Source: Mytilus californianus (lineage: Eukaryota). Taken from it: a stretch of 64,000 bases of DNA. Under the pieces are notes generated by a model. It worked only from the letters and a program-made list of their open reading frames with translations. It ran no database searches and was not told the DNA's origin. The position numbers and the translations under genes were made by a program. How positions within the stretch are numbered: the stretch's first letter is position 1; each line of letters opens with the position of its first letter. Shown one piece after another: positions 53,595-64,000 of the stretch. The stretch lies in assembly GCF_021869535.1 (NCBI RefSeq), contig NW_026262582.1, positions 57,350,001 through 57,414,000 on the forward strand, given 5' to 3'.

Positions 53595-55020
53595 ATAATT
53601 ATAGGTTATCGTTGGTCATCTCAACGAGATTGATATTCTCGCTTGAGCCGGTATGGCGAAAGTGAGAAAAGCAATCGAGTTGAGATGACCAATGATAATC
53701 TGTTTATCGCTATTTTACCTATGACGACGTTGTTAATTTCATTGACAACGGCACGTGCGCCATTAGTTTCTAGCGATAATTTTTCATATCACTCTACTGT
53801 GCTGAAAAAGGAAATTATCAGTCAACTAGATCAAAGGAAAATTTCGTAAAATAGCGATAATTAATGTAAATGTCGATTTCTAAATCATTTATACATCCAC
53901 AAGAAATAGTTCTCAAATCATATCTTAATTTCTGATGAGCAAAGCTGCAGAAATCGCATTATAATATCATTCACACTTCAACATACTTTTTGTTCATGCT
54001 ATATTTGCATTTTTAGCTAATTAAGTTAAAAATCGATTTGCCTATTTTTTTTCAATCTAAATTGTCTGCAATATATTCAGCGGTTTCAACTTCTTGATTT
54101 CACAAGCGAATGATAATGTCTGGTTTTTGGGCCATCTGACGGATTGTATAAAGAATTCCTTCTTTCCAATGCCGTTTTGTGTGAAATATATCCTTTCGAA
54201 CTTATAATAATACATGCGTATCGCTCACATTTTCACTACTTCCTTTCGTTATTTAGGATCGCCAAACGGATTTGATTTCTTTTCGGATAAACTGTTTTTA
54301 CTTTTAAATAATAATAATAAAAATAATAATATCTTTATTTAGAGAGAGTAACTCATTTGGATTACACCAATTTTCGATAAGGCTCTCTTAATACAATATT
54401 ATTACATTAAAAATTAAACGATACAAATTCAATAATAATGATAAATAAAGATGCAATACAATTTAAATTCGATAATTATAGATTATCGTTGATCATCTCA
54501 ACGAGATTGATTTTCTCGCTTGAGCCGGTACGGCGAAAGCGAGAAAAGCAATCGAATTGAGATGACCAATGATAATCTGTTTATCGCTATTTTACCTATG
54601 ACGACGTTGTCAATTTCATGTCAATTTCATTAGCAACGGCACGTGCCCCCTTAGTTTCTAGCGATTATTTTTATATCACTCGACTCCGCTGAGAAAGGAA
54701 ATTATCAGTCAGTAAGATCATAGGAAATTTTCGTAAAAAAGCGATAAACAATTATTATCGCTATTTTAGGAAATTTTCCATTGATCTTACTGACTGATAA
54801 TTTCCTATCTCAGCACAGTAGAGTGGTATGAAAAATTATCGCTAGAAACTAATGGCGCACGTGCCGTTGTCAATGAAATTAACAACGTCGTCATAGGTAA
54901 AATAGCGATAAACAGATTATCATTGGTCATCTCAACTCGATTGCTTTTCTCACTTTCGCCGTACCGGCTCAAGCGAGAAAATCAATCTCGTTGAGATGAT
55001 CAACGATAATCTATAATTAT
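53595..55020. mobile_element. Foldback MITE complex: three ~270-bp arms (53595-53862 +, 54472-54747 +, 54754-55020 -)
   Basis: Arms align over their whole length; 54472-55020 is a ~550-bp hairpin with a ~6-nt loop. Confidence 0.92.
54305..54470 (-). mobile_element. LINE (L2/CR1-like) 3' tail inside the MITE
   Basis: Minus strand ends ...ctctctctaaataaagat(att)n. Confidence 0.45.
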
Positions 55021-55511
55021 TCGGCATTAAAGTACAAATATCAATCGGTACAATGTAATGTTAAAAGTACATAGATTTGTAGTTATGTTTAAATTCTAAC
55101 ACTGTGTTTGATTTTCAAATTGTATTAGGAAGAGCATTCCAAACTTTTGGTCCACTGTACGAGAAACTAGACTTATACAACTCTGTATTTGGTTTTGGTA
55201 GTATAAAATTATCAGAAGACGAAAATCTCGTTTTGTATTTTTGGTTTGCAGAAGCTTATAAAATAAGACTTGACAATTAGTCTGGACCTAAAACATTTTT
55301 TGCCTTATACATTAGTAATGATTTATGATAATGTAGTCTTTTTGTAAATCGGCACAATGTTACATTCGTGAAATAATTCGCTTGAAGATAAATAAAGCAA
55401 TAAATAGCTGTATAGTTTGTATAGGTTACTAACATGTCGATCATGTAAATTTTTATCACAACCGGCATCACTCCCATTTAAATCTCGATACTTGTGATGA
55501 TTTAATAGAAG

Positions 55512-55777
55512 TTAGACCATTTTAAAGATGTGTTGATATCCCTATTTTAATAGGTCTAAGTAATGAACATGTTTCATTGAAATCATTGAAAACACGCACA
55601 TATCGAAACGACTGAGAAATGTACACTATTAGACCATGCAAGTATTATAATATCAATATAACACGGAGCTAACGGATAATACGGAAATCGAGTTATAATA
55701 GGAAAGGAAGAGTCGTCCCGTTTATTATAAGCTTGGATATGAAAGTTATTATGAGAAATTCAAGTATCAAGGTCTAA
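55512..55777. repeat. Two tiny elements with ttagacc/ggtctaa inverted ends (55512-55559, 55629-55777)
   Basis: The same 7-bp inverted termini occur twice. Confidence 0.4.
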
Positions 55778-57140
55778 AAGGGACATTCTATTATTAATGT
55801 TAGAAAATTGATGTTTTAATAAGAGGAACTTAGGTAATGTTTTAGTGTGGAGACAATTCTAGCGAAGTCAAAATCTGCCTGGTATGGAAGCGTTGTTTCT
55901 TCAATAACAATCAAAAGTATCGTGAAAAACACATAGAACTTAAAGTTAGAAAGTCAGTCAGATGTAGAAATTTATTGAGAGGATATAACCAAAAGATTGC
56001 CACATTTACAAGGAATAACCACAAGATTGAAAGGCAAAATCCCCCTTTTTTATTTTGTTGTTTTTGTTGAAAATTAATAGTAAATTTTCTTTCTATACTA
56101 ACTTAGTTCCCTTATTTGATGTGAACTTACTCTTATCTATGCAATCTTATATACGTGCTGCACCTCTATTCTTATATATATATAGAGAGAGATATAGGAA
56201 TAGAGGGACGTATAAACTATTCAATTTGTAATTGTAATATTGTATGGATAAGAACAAGAACATATCTAATTAAGGAAAATTAGTTGAATTATTCTATTAA
56301 GTTCAATAAAGAAAAATCTGTAACCAACATAAAAAAGAAAAAAGAAAAAAAAAGGAAAAAAAGGGTCCATGTCACAAACGCCTATGGTCAAATCATGCGG
56401 AATACGCTTTAAAAGCTTGGCAATTATTTTCTTCTTTGAAAAGCTTTACTAAACACTGTAATACAAATATTTTATTATCATATAATTCTTTAATATTGTA
56501 CTGTCAAAACTGTGTTGTGACCTAGGTCTGCAGCAATATAAATGCTGAAAGAAAGACAACTCTGTTGTTCCATTCTAATTTGTCTCAGTTTTTTTTGGCA
56601 CAGAACTTGTAAAATGTAGAGAGGATACAAGACTGTTACATGTACTAGTCTCAATGTTTTTAGCATAAAAAAAATATGAAAATAATTTCAGCGCCTGCCT
56701 ATTGACTAGAAATAAAATTATAGTGGATTTCAGTTAGTTTTCATATGGTATTTTGATAAGTATTTTGAAACTACTTACCATATTAACTCGAGCTGTCCTT
56801 CTGTCGTGCTGAACAGGATATTTTCTTTTTTTATAATCATCATATTTTTTTCTTTCTTTCGAAAGATTTGTCATATTAATCGTATTAATTTTATATCTAT
56901 AATGTACGTGCTACGTCACAGTGCCACGAAATTGTAATTTAAGCATTCTGCTACCTTCATATTATATGTCTTCCTGAACATGACTGAATTAGAGGGGGAA
57001 AAGTCTAGGTGATTGAAAAGATACACAAGGATATTCGTGTCAAAATTGGATGGGGGTATATTATAGGATATATAGATTTCAAGATAAATTTCAATATGTA
57101 TTGACAATAATATGATAGACTTGTTGTTAATAAATTGTAA

Positions 57141-57146
57141 TATAAA
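57141..57146 (+). promoter_or_regulatory. Possible TATA box of the peptide gene
   Basis: TATAAA about 190 nt upstream of the ATG; weak evidence in AT-rich DNA. Confidence 0.25.
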
Positions 57147-57333
57147 GATTAACGAAATTAAAACATGTAGGTCCCCTATACTGAAATTTCATATAATACA
57201 AACAAATTTGTTTCCGTCTTTCAATGTCATGGAAATCCGTTTATAACAATTCACCTTAATGTGACATGTGACGACAGATGTTATTTAAGCCAGGTAAGTA
57301 CGTGTAATGTACATTCGTGTATATCTTAACACA

Positions 57334-57385
57334 ATGGATGGTTTATTCGTAGTGTTAATATGGATGATTTGTCTAATTCCAGCTA
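57334..57385 (+). CDS. Exon 1 (signal peptide) of a small secreted 8-Cys peptide gene
   Basis: acaATGg start context; encodes MDGLFVVLIWMICLIPA plus 1 nt (hydrophobic, signal-like); ends at donor A|GTAAGT (57386) in phase 1, matching the phase of the next exon. Confidence 0.75.
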
Positions 57386-57794
57386 GTAAGTTGTGTAAAC
57401 TTATTTTATTGACTGGGGGTCTGGTTTATCCGATTGGTTAAAGTGTATTTTTCTGTAATCTTTTATTTTGTTATATTGTGTTTTGTGTTTACCTGAAAAT
57501 AATTGGTTGAATAAGGAAATAAAATTGTTTTTAACTAAAGATTTTTTTTTAAATTTCAATAAATGTGATGATGTTGTTGTTAATTGTAATTTGTACGTTA
57601 CTTTGCCTTTGACCCTCTTATGGGTGTAATTTGTGCCTAATGAAGTTTATAATAATCGGATCAAAGTCTTGTTTTCTTTTGTATGACTTAAGACCTTGGA
57701 GCTTATTCAAAAACATCCGTTAACGCACCCATTAAGATCTCCGTTAAGTTTCCATTAATCAAATTTAATTCGTATTCACAAATTCTTAGTTTTT

Positions 57795-58260
57795 TAAGGG
57801 CATGCGATACAGTTTCGATCTCATTTTATCGATTTGTGAGGAAATTTTAATACAAGCTATTTTTCATCTAAACTATTCAAATATGTAATAAAAGAAATAC
57901 CTTCATATGCCATTTTTAGAGATAAATTTGGTCGAAATTTGAAACATATTCTAAAATTATTTTTTTTTTGTTGGTTTTTTTTTTTTTTGGGGGGGGGGGG
58001 GGGGAGGATTTCTATCCTTCGGGCAGACATACCTACAACTTTGTTGATTCAAAAGCTAAACACAAGTAGAATTTTTATAAATAAAACATTGGGAATATCT
58101 TTTTTTACATAGGTATGCTCTAATTTTCTGTAACCTTTGTTTGGAAATAATTCATTTTTATGAGATTTTCACGGTTTTAGAAAAAAAATCCATTTAATGC
58201 TGCATATCTATCTAATTAAAAAATCATTGCTAATTTGTTCATACAAATTGTGACAAATAA
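57795..58260. mobile_element. MITE fragment in intron 1
   Basis: aagggcatgcgatacagttt start recalled from a bivalve MITE; no partner TIR found. Confidence 0.35.
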
Positions 58261-58771
58261 TCTTCCTACATAATTAGACCACCTTGGTAGCGTGCTCACC
58301 TCGAGTAAGAGAAGTCGTTACCGAATATATATGATTCAGATGTGGATACTAAAAAATTCTAAAGATTCGTAAGAGTACAAACAATCTTAGTCTCTATCCT
58401 CTTGCAATCTTATTAAACTTTGTTTACCCTTTACACAAGTATTCCTCATTCCAAACTAAAAGACGAATTGAAATAATTGGTTCTGCTTTGTTTCAGTCTT
58501 TTCCTCCTGCTACTTCTCTGGCACTGGAACAATTTATACATAGCTATACCAAGGATATACGAAATTTAAGTTATATCCACCATAAATTGAATTGGATCGG
58601 GCAACAGGCCAAGCTGATGTAAACCCTCTTTGTTAGTTAATGCATACTTTTTTTAATAAGTTCCCAGTTTATGTCACAATATTTCTGCAGATAGTTTCCT
58701 TTTATTTCATATCCCTGTGTTTTAACATTTGTAAATGTTAGTTTACACATTTTTTTAACTTTGTATTTTAG

Positions 58772-58889
58772 CTATTTTTGCCCCGATTGAAGTCACATGT
58801 CCTGATGGAAGACGACCGTTGGAGTGTCATGCTCGATACAAAAACCACTGTAACAGCATGTTTTGTCAGATCAAAGAAGCGGTGTGCGA
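58772..58889 (+). CDS. Exon 2 of the small secreted 8-Cys peptide gene
   Basis: Acceptor ttttttaactttgtattttag|CT and donor GA|GTAAGT; 118 nt, phase 1 to phase 2, open: (T)IFAPIEVTCPDGRRPLECHARYKNHCNSMFCQIKEAVC(E). Confidence 0.8.
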
Positions 58890-59029
58890 GTAAGTTACAA
58901 TATCGCTTTTCTTTACATGCTTCATCTTGAAAAAAAATAATTGGAAACCGCTTACCTTCCTATGAAATTATGATTTGCTATTTAAAGCTGTTTTTCAATG
59001 GAGCGTTATTGGTGTTTTTCGATTTTCGA

Positions 59030-59536
59030 TAAGAAGGTATTTCTTGATAGATGGTTGCTGCTTACATGGAAGCTATTGCGTCAAGGGTTCAGGGTGGTAA
59101 AGTTGAAGTCATCCATTCGAATGTTTTACGGACGCATTTATGGTTTGGTTGACCATTGTTGAATATCTGTGTCACATGACAAAAAAATACATACAAAGCT
59201 GTAGATCCTCGAGTTAAGTGGGATGTTTTTAAAGCTGAAGTAAGGGACATAACCATAAAATACTGTCCTAATTTTGCCGATTGTAACATTACCGAAAGCG
59301 ACTTGTTATCATATAATACTTGCTTGAGCACACGACGGATGCCAGGTGTGGAGCAGGAACTGTTTGTCCTTCCAGAATATATGAGTTCACATCTATTTTT
59401 AATTGGCGGGGTTCGTGTTGCTCAGTTTAGAGTTTTCTATGTGATGTTTTGTTATTGTTGTTTGTCTTTTTAGCTATGAATTGTTTGTTTTATTGGACAA
59501 ACTGAATGCCACCTTGGTATCTGCTCTCTCTTTTTT
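59030..59536 (+). mobile_element. Penelope family D thumb plus tail in intron 2
   Basis: LLRQGFRVVKLKSSIRMFYGR..LVDH; D-type tail. Confidence 0.8.
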
Positions 59537-59547
59537 ATCAATTATTC

Positions 59548-59976
59548 ATAAATAATATAAGGTGTCTTCATAAATAATATAAAGTGTCTTCATAAGTAAT
59601 ATAAGGTGTCTTCATAAATAATATAAAGTGTCTTCATAAGTAATATAAGGTGTCTTCATAAATAATATAAGGTGTCTTCATAAATAATATAAGGTGTCTT
59701 CATAAATAATATAAAGTGTCTTCATAAATAATATAAGGTGTCTTCATAAATAATATAAGGTGTCTTCATAAGTTTATAAGCTACCTTCTGAAGTTTATAA
59801 TATATCTTCATAAGTTTATAAGCTACCTTCTGAAGTTTATAATATATCTTCATAAGTTTATAAGCTACCTTCTGAAGTTTATAATATATCTTCATAAGTT
59901 TATAAAATATCTTCTTAAGTTTATAAGATATCTTCTTAAGTTTATAAGATATCTCCTATAATTTATAAGATATCTT
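59548..59976. repeat. Composite minisatellite: 10 x 22 bp, 3 x 42 bp, 4 x ~21 bp
   Basis: ataaataatataaggtgtcttc x10 (59548-59767); ataagtttataagctaccttc-tgaagtttataatatatcttc x3 (59768-59893); then 21-mers. Confidence 0.95.
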
Positions 59977-60534
59977 ATATATTTAGATATTAAAAGTAAT
60001 CTTATTGAGAACATTATAAATAGATGTATCATCTTTAGGAGGGTATATGCAAAAAAATATCAACCAAAAGGAAGCAACATTTCCTGACAGGCTATCCGAA
60101 GGTAATTTGTTCTCAAAACTGTAATTTTTCGTAAATACCCCTGATGAACATGATATGTTTATTTTCACCGAATATAGATAGAAAAGACTAAATAAAACGT
60201 TGAAATTTAATTCGGTTATTATTTCCCTATCAAAACGTTGCAAACTCGATTACGTTTAATAAAGCACACAAATGCGTTTTGGCCAATTCCACGACAGATA
60301 TCTGTATGAATATATATATAGCCATATTTCAATAACATTTCATATAGGTGTTTCATTAAGATTCCACCACTGATAGAGAACAGTCACGTTGTGATTTGCA
60401 GTGGTGTGTTGTGTCCCAATAAAACGCAACATCCGGGACAACAGTATACAACAATGCTTGGGAATATTAAAAAACAACAAGAACAAAAAAGTGATTAAAA
60501 TCGTAGTTTCCTAGTTTAAGCTGTAGAATTCAAT

Positions 60535-60860
60535 TAGAGCTATTATATAATGCTTGTAGTTTAAAGGGCTGGTTGGCTTGCTTGCTTTTTTGTATAAATG
60601 TTTGTTCAAACATTGTAATTTGTAATTAAGATTGAAATCTGCAATCAATAGATAGGCGGGGCTTCAGCTTGTATACATTATACGCTGCATTATACTTAAC
60701 ATCCAATAACATTTTAGTATAATGTATACAAGCTGGAGTCTCTCCTATCCATTGATTGCAGATGTCAATCTTAATAACAATGCTTGAGCAAACATTTATA
60801 CTAACAAAGCAATCAAGCCAACCAAACATTTACACTACAAGCATTAGGAAAATAGCTCTA
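60535..60860. mobile_element. ~325-bp foldback (palindromic MITE)
   Basis: tagagctatt...aatagctcta ends; inner cagcttgtatacattatac/gtataatgtatacaagctg perfect; loop about 25 nt. Confidence 0.85.
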
Positions 60861-61169
60861 AAACATTTGATTGATTTCTTTTAGTATCTACTATTAAAAT
60901 CTATAGACTGATGGACAAATTGGCATTTTACACCCATTAGTATACCAAGTATACCAGGCCGAGAACATTTTAATACGATATGAATATAATACTGCTGCAC
61001 CATTTAAACAATTTAGACAAGTCAAAAATCTATGTATTTTTGGAAGTTGAGTCCTTACATTTAGTTATGCCTTCTTCTTTTGTCTGGAGTAAAGGTAATT
61101 AAACTTTCTGATAAAAGTCTTGTATCTTAAATCGGCAAGGATTCTGTAGGACCTATGTTTTAAGTTATG

Positions 61170-61310
61170 TTATAAACTTTAGTGCGTCCGAAGCGCTTTC
61201 CTGAATAAATCTTCATCAGTATCAAAGAAACTCAAAAATTTGATATCCAAGGATGTATGAGTAATTTAAAACGCTTCCCCAATGAATTAAGATATAGCCA
61301 AATCCATCTG
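61170..61310 (-). mobile_element. Family F terminal repeat with hammerhead variant (61184-61222)
   Basis: Minus strand: CTGATGA-agatttattcag-GAAA-gcgc-ttc-ggacgc; 5' strand of stem I lost. Confidence 0.65.
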
Positions 61311-61920
61311 ATGTCATCTTTGCCTGAGAGGTATACAGTTGTTAATAAACTTGTAAATAATTTACCAGTATTGTTAAATGAAGAAACCCACGAGGTATAT
61401 CCTTGATTTATTGATTGTTGCTTGTTTAACACCCAGAGGCAAATTTATTTCATATATATTAAGGACATTCAAGAACAAATTAACAAGTACACAAAAGGTC
61501 GATTAGGAATAGGGGCGAGAAATTTGAACTGCCACAGGAAAATCAGTGTATGTTGGATAAGGCCAGAAATGTTTCCCTGGCAACAAGCCATCTATGGACT
61601 CCTCACATATTTGTTGCAAGGATACTTTAATGCGAAGAGAGAATTACCAGGTTTTATTCTACGTCAAGGCAAAGTTTTACAAACATGTTATTTGCAACAT
61701 TTGCTATTTGATATCAAAATAGTTCGTGACAGCAGCGTTAAAGGCTGTATTTGTTTTCTTTGTTCTATTTACTTGATATTCAGTTTTTTTTTTTTTTTAT
61801 TCAGTTTCACTTTATTTTATCGACTTTACGATATTGACTCTGTGAGTCTGTGAATTAAACAGTATATAGAAAATAAGTCACTTCTCTCATGGTGTGTGTT
61901 TTTTTTTTTTTAATTTGCAG

Positions 61921-62008
61921 GATTGATCTTTGTTACACGGATTGCTGGCCACGATTTTACCTGAATGGTACAAGACTGAAGCATTCTGACTGCGGAGGAT
62001 TCTCATAA
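61921..62008 (+). CDS. Exon 3 (terminal) of the small secreted 8-Cys peptide gene
   Basis: Strong acceptor (long T-run)aatttgcag|G in phase 2; (E)IDLCYTDCWPRFYLNGTRLKHSDCGGFS*; completes an even 8-Cys array; AATAAA at 62393-62398. Confidence 0.8.
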
Positions 62009-62511
62009 AATCATGTTTAATTCTAAGTATAAAACAAACACACGATGAGCACGTAAAATGAATACAAGTGGACTGCAGCTTTCAATTCTAAGTCTTTTAC
62101 GTAAAAACAAATAATATATATTTATAAAGTATTTCTAGTGTCGATAATGCAAGCGGTTATGTTGTAACTTTAGAATTTGGCAATATTGTTTTCTTTGAGA
62201 TAAAATTGTGTTGATGATTAAACAAAATAGACTTTGACTGCTTTGTTTTTCTCTAATCATTCGGTAATTTGCTCTGTTGAATTTCGTCACAGATCTCAAA
62301 TGTTTACGTGTCGTTGATTGTCATTTAAACTAACCGTCTTCATATTTACATTGTTGTAAAACTTGATAAGAGTTCGTGACAAAAAGGTGCACAATAAATT
62401 AAAATGTACGTAATGTTTTGCAAACACAAAAAACGGGTAAAAGTTCAAAAGTTCAAAAGTTCTTGGACCAGACTTGTCTTACTAATATACATTAGGATTT
62501 ACAATTAAAGT

Positions 62512-63073
62512 CATATTGGTACATACTGGTACATATTGGTACATATTGGTACATATTGGTACACATTGGTACATATTGGTACACATTGGTACATATTGGT
62601 ACATATTGGTACATACTGGTACATATTGGTACATATTGGTACATATTGGTACACATTGGTACACATTGGTACATATTGGTACATATTGGTACATACTGAT
62701 ACATATTGGTACATACTGGTACATACTGGTACATATTGGTACATATTGGTACATACTGGTACATACTGGTACATATTGGTACATATTGGTACATACTGGT
62801 ACATACTGGTACATATTGGTACACATTGGTACACATTGGTACATATTGGTACATATTGGTACATATTGGTACACATTGGTACATATTGGTACATATTGGT
62901 ACATATTGGTACATATTGGTACATACCATATTGGTACATATTGGTACATATTGGTACATATTGGTACATATTGGTACATACTGGTACATATTGGTACATA
63001 CTGGTACATACTGGTACATATTGGTACACATTGGTACACATTGGTACATATTGGTACATATTGGTACATATTG
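62512..63073. repeat. 10-bp minisatellite (attggtacat), about 56 copies
   Basis: Direct reading; variants actggtacat and attggtacac; accounts for all six repetitive ORFs. Confidence 0.98.
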
Positions 63074-64000
63074 CAACATTTGCTATTTGCTATCAGAATA
63101 ATTTGTGACAGCAACGTTTAGGGTTGTATTTGTTTTCTTTTTTCTCTTTACTTGATATACAGTGTTTTTCTATTCTCAGCGAGTATACTCTCAGATCGGT
63201 CTCTTTGTCTTTTTTGTTGTGGGAATGTATATATGCATTCGTGAAAGTTGAGACACATCAAATCTTGCCAACATACGGGTTGATTACCATGTGTCTATGC
63301 AATCACGGAAGCTAAAACGACCTGTTTAAACAGAAATTTCGGATCAATTCTTGACAAAACTGTTAGCTTATAGCTGTTTGCCGTGGTCCATTTCTGTACA
63401 AGAAATGTAGAAATTACTTCAAATTATATTCCGGAAACTGTTTCATATATGTACTTTAAACTCTACTGAAAATTGAATTCATGATTTTTCCTTCTTCCGC
63501 GTTTTAAAAATGTCATTATGCGTTTGATGGTTCAGCTGATATATGATAAGTGTTATCCTGTTTTTGCAAGTGACTTTGTTCTTTCGTGTTATACAGAAAA
63601 TAACCTTGAAGTTAAGTCCATTTTTAATATCTAATTCTTACTACTAGGTATACACATAGAAAAGACAGGATTAGAAAATCGGGGGGGAGTGGGGTCGGGA
63701 ATTTATATATCAAAACAAGAAAACACGTTATATACGGGATAATTTAAAATGCAATATTATATAAAGTCAATGTGGATAGCATTAACATTCATAAATAAAC
63801 AATTTAATTGGTTTATGTATACTGTATATGAACAACCAAACAGACATACTGAACAAGAGTGCACACGCTGAAATGTCTCGCCTACTATACTGATAATTTT
63901 TTTTTATGTTGATAGTCCTACATATTAAGTTTTACTACAAATATCACACTAACATTTATGATCCAAGAAAATGATGTCAAGGTCAGATAAACCAAGCCGG

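Noticed and set aside
53930-53965. ctgatgagcaaagctgcagaaatcgc as a hammerhead
   Set aside because: No stem I or III pairing; a chance match inside a MITE.
56916-57107. ORF as an APE endonuclease relic
   Set aside because: Only a vague YNIPP resemblance with no catalytic motifs; not supportable.
58285-58312. tRNA gene
   Set aside because: Only an A-box remnant of a SINE head; no cloverleaf. The same applies to the head at 1780-1850.
60402-60498. Alternative phase-2 terminal exon (DGVLCPNKTQ...KSD*) for the peptide gene
   Set aside because: In frame, but the acceptor is weak and it breaks the 8-Cys module that the 61921 exon completes; at most a minor isoform.
61422-61853. 143-aa plus-strand ORF
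   Set aside because: Intronic, runs through a poly-T tract, and has no recognisable homology.
62482-63121. Six long repetitive ORFs (MYQYVPICT / VHIGTYWYIL)
   Set aside because: By-product of a stop-free 10-bp minisatellite; open on both strands.

Overview
AT-rich animal genomic DNA. The repeat families resemble those of mytilid bivalves (inferred from memory, not from a search). The window is mostly a transposon graveyard dominated by at least five Penelope-like retroelement families (labelled A-E here), mostly Naiad-type; one copy shows the GIY-YIG endonuclease N-terminal to the RT. It also holds hammerhead-ribozyme-bearing terminal repeats, an L2/CR1-group LINE, a DDD transposase relic, tRNA-derived SINEs, Helentron-type (HINE/DINE-like) elements, foldback MITEs and minisatellites. 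Three signals stand out. (1) A Penelope fragment at 45567-46607 (-) has one in-frame UGA in 135 otherwise open codons, exactly where a sister family has Cys, followed about 50 nt after the stop by a type II SECIS-like hairpin: a candidate selenocysteine-recoded retroelement. (2) A three-exon host gene missed by the ORF track (57334-62008, +) encodes an 85-aa secreted peptide with 8 cysteines and has a possible signal-peptide-less splice isoform. (3) There are several type I hammerhead ribozymes, one with a fully intact core (8178-8217, -). Most ORFs in the supplied track are spurious or TE fragments. Repeat boundaries were read by eye and are approximate unless a junction is stated.
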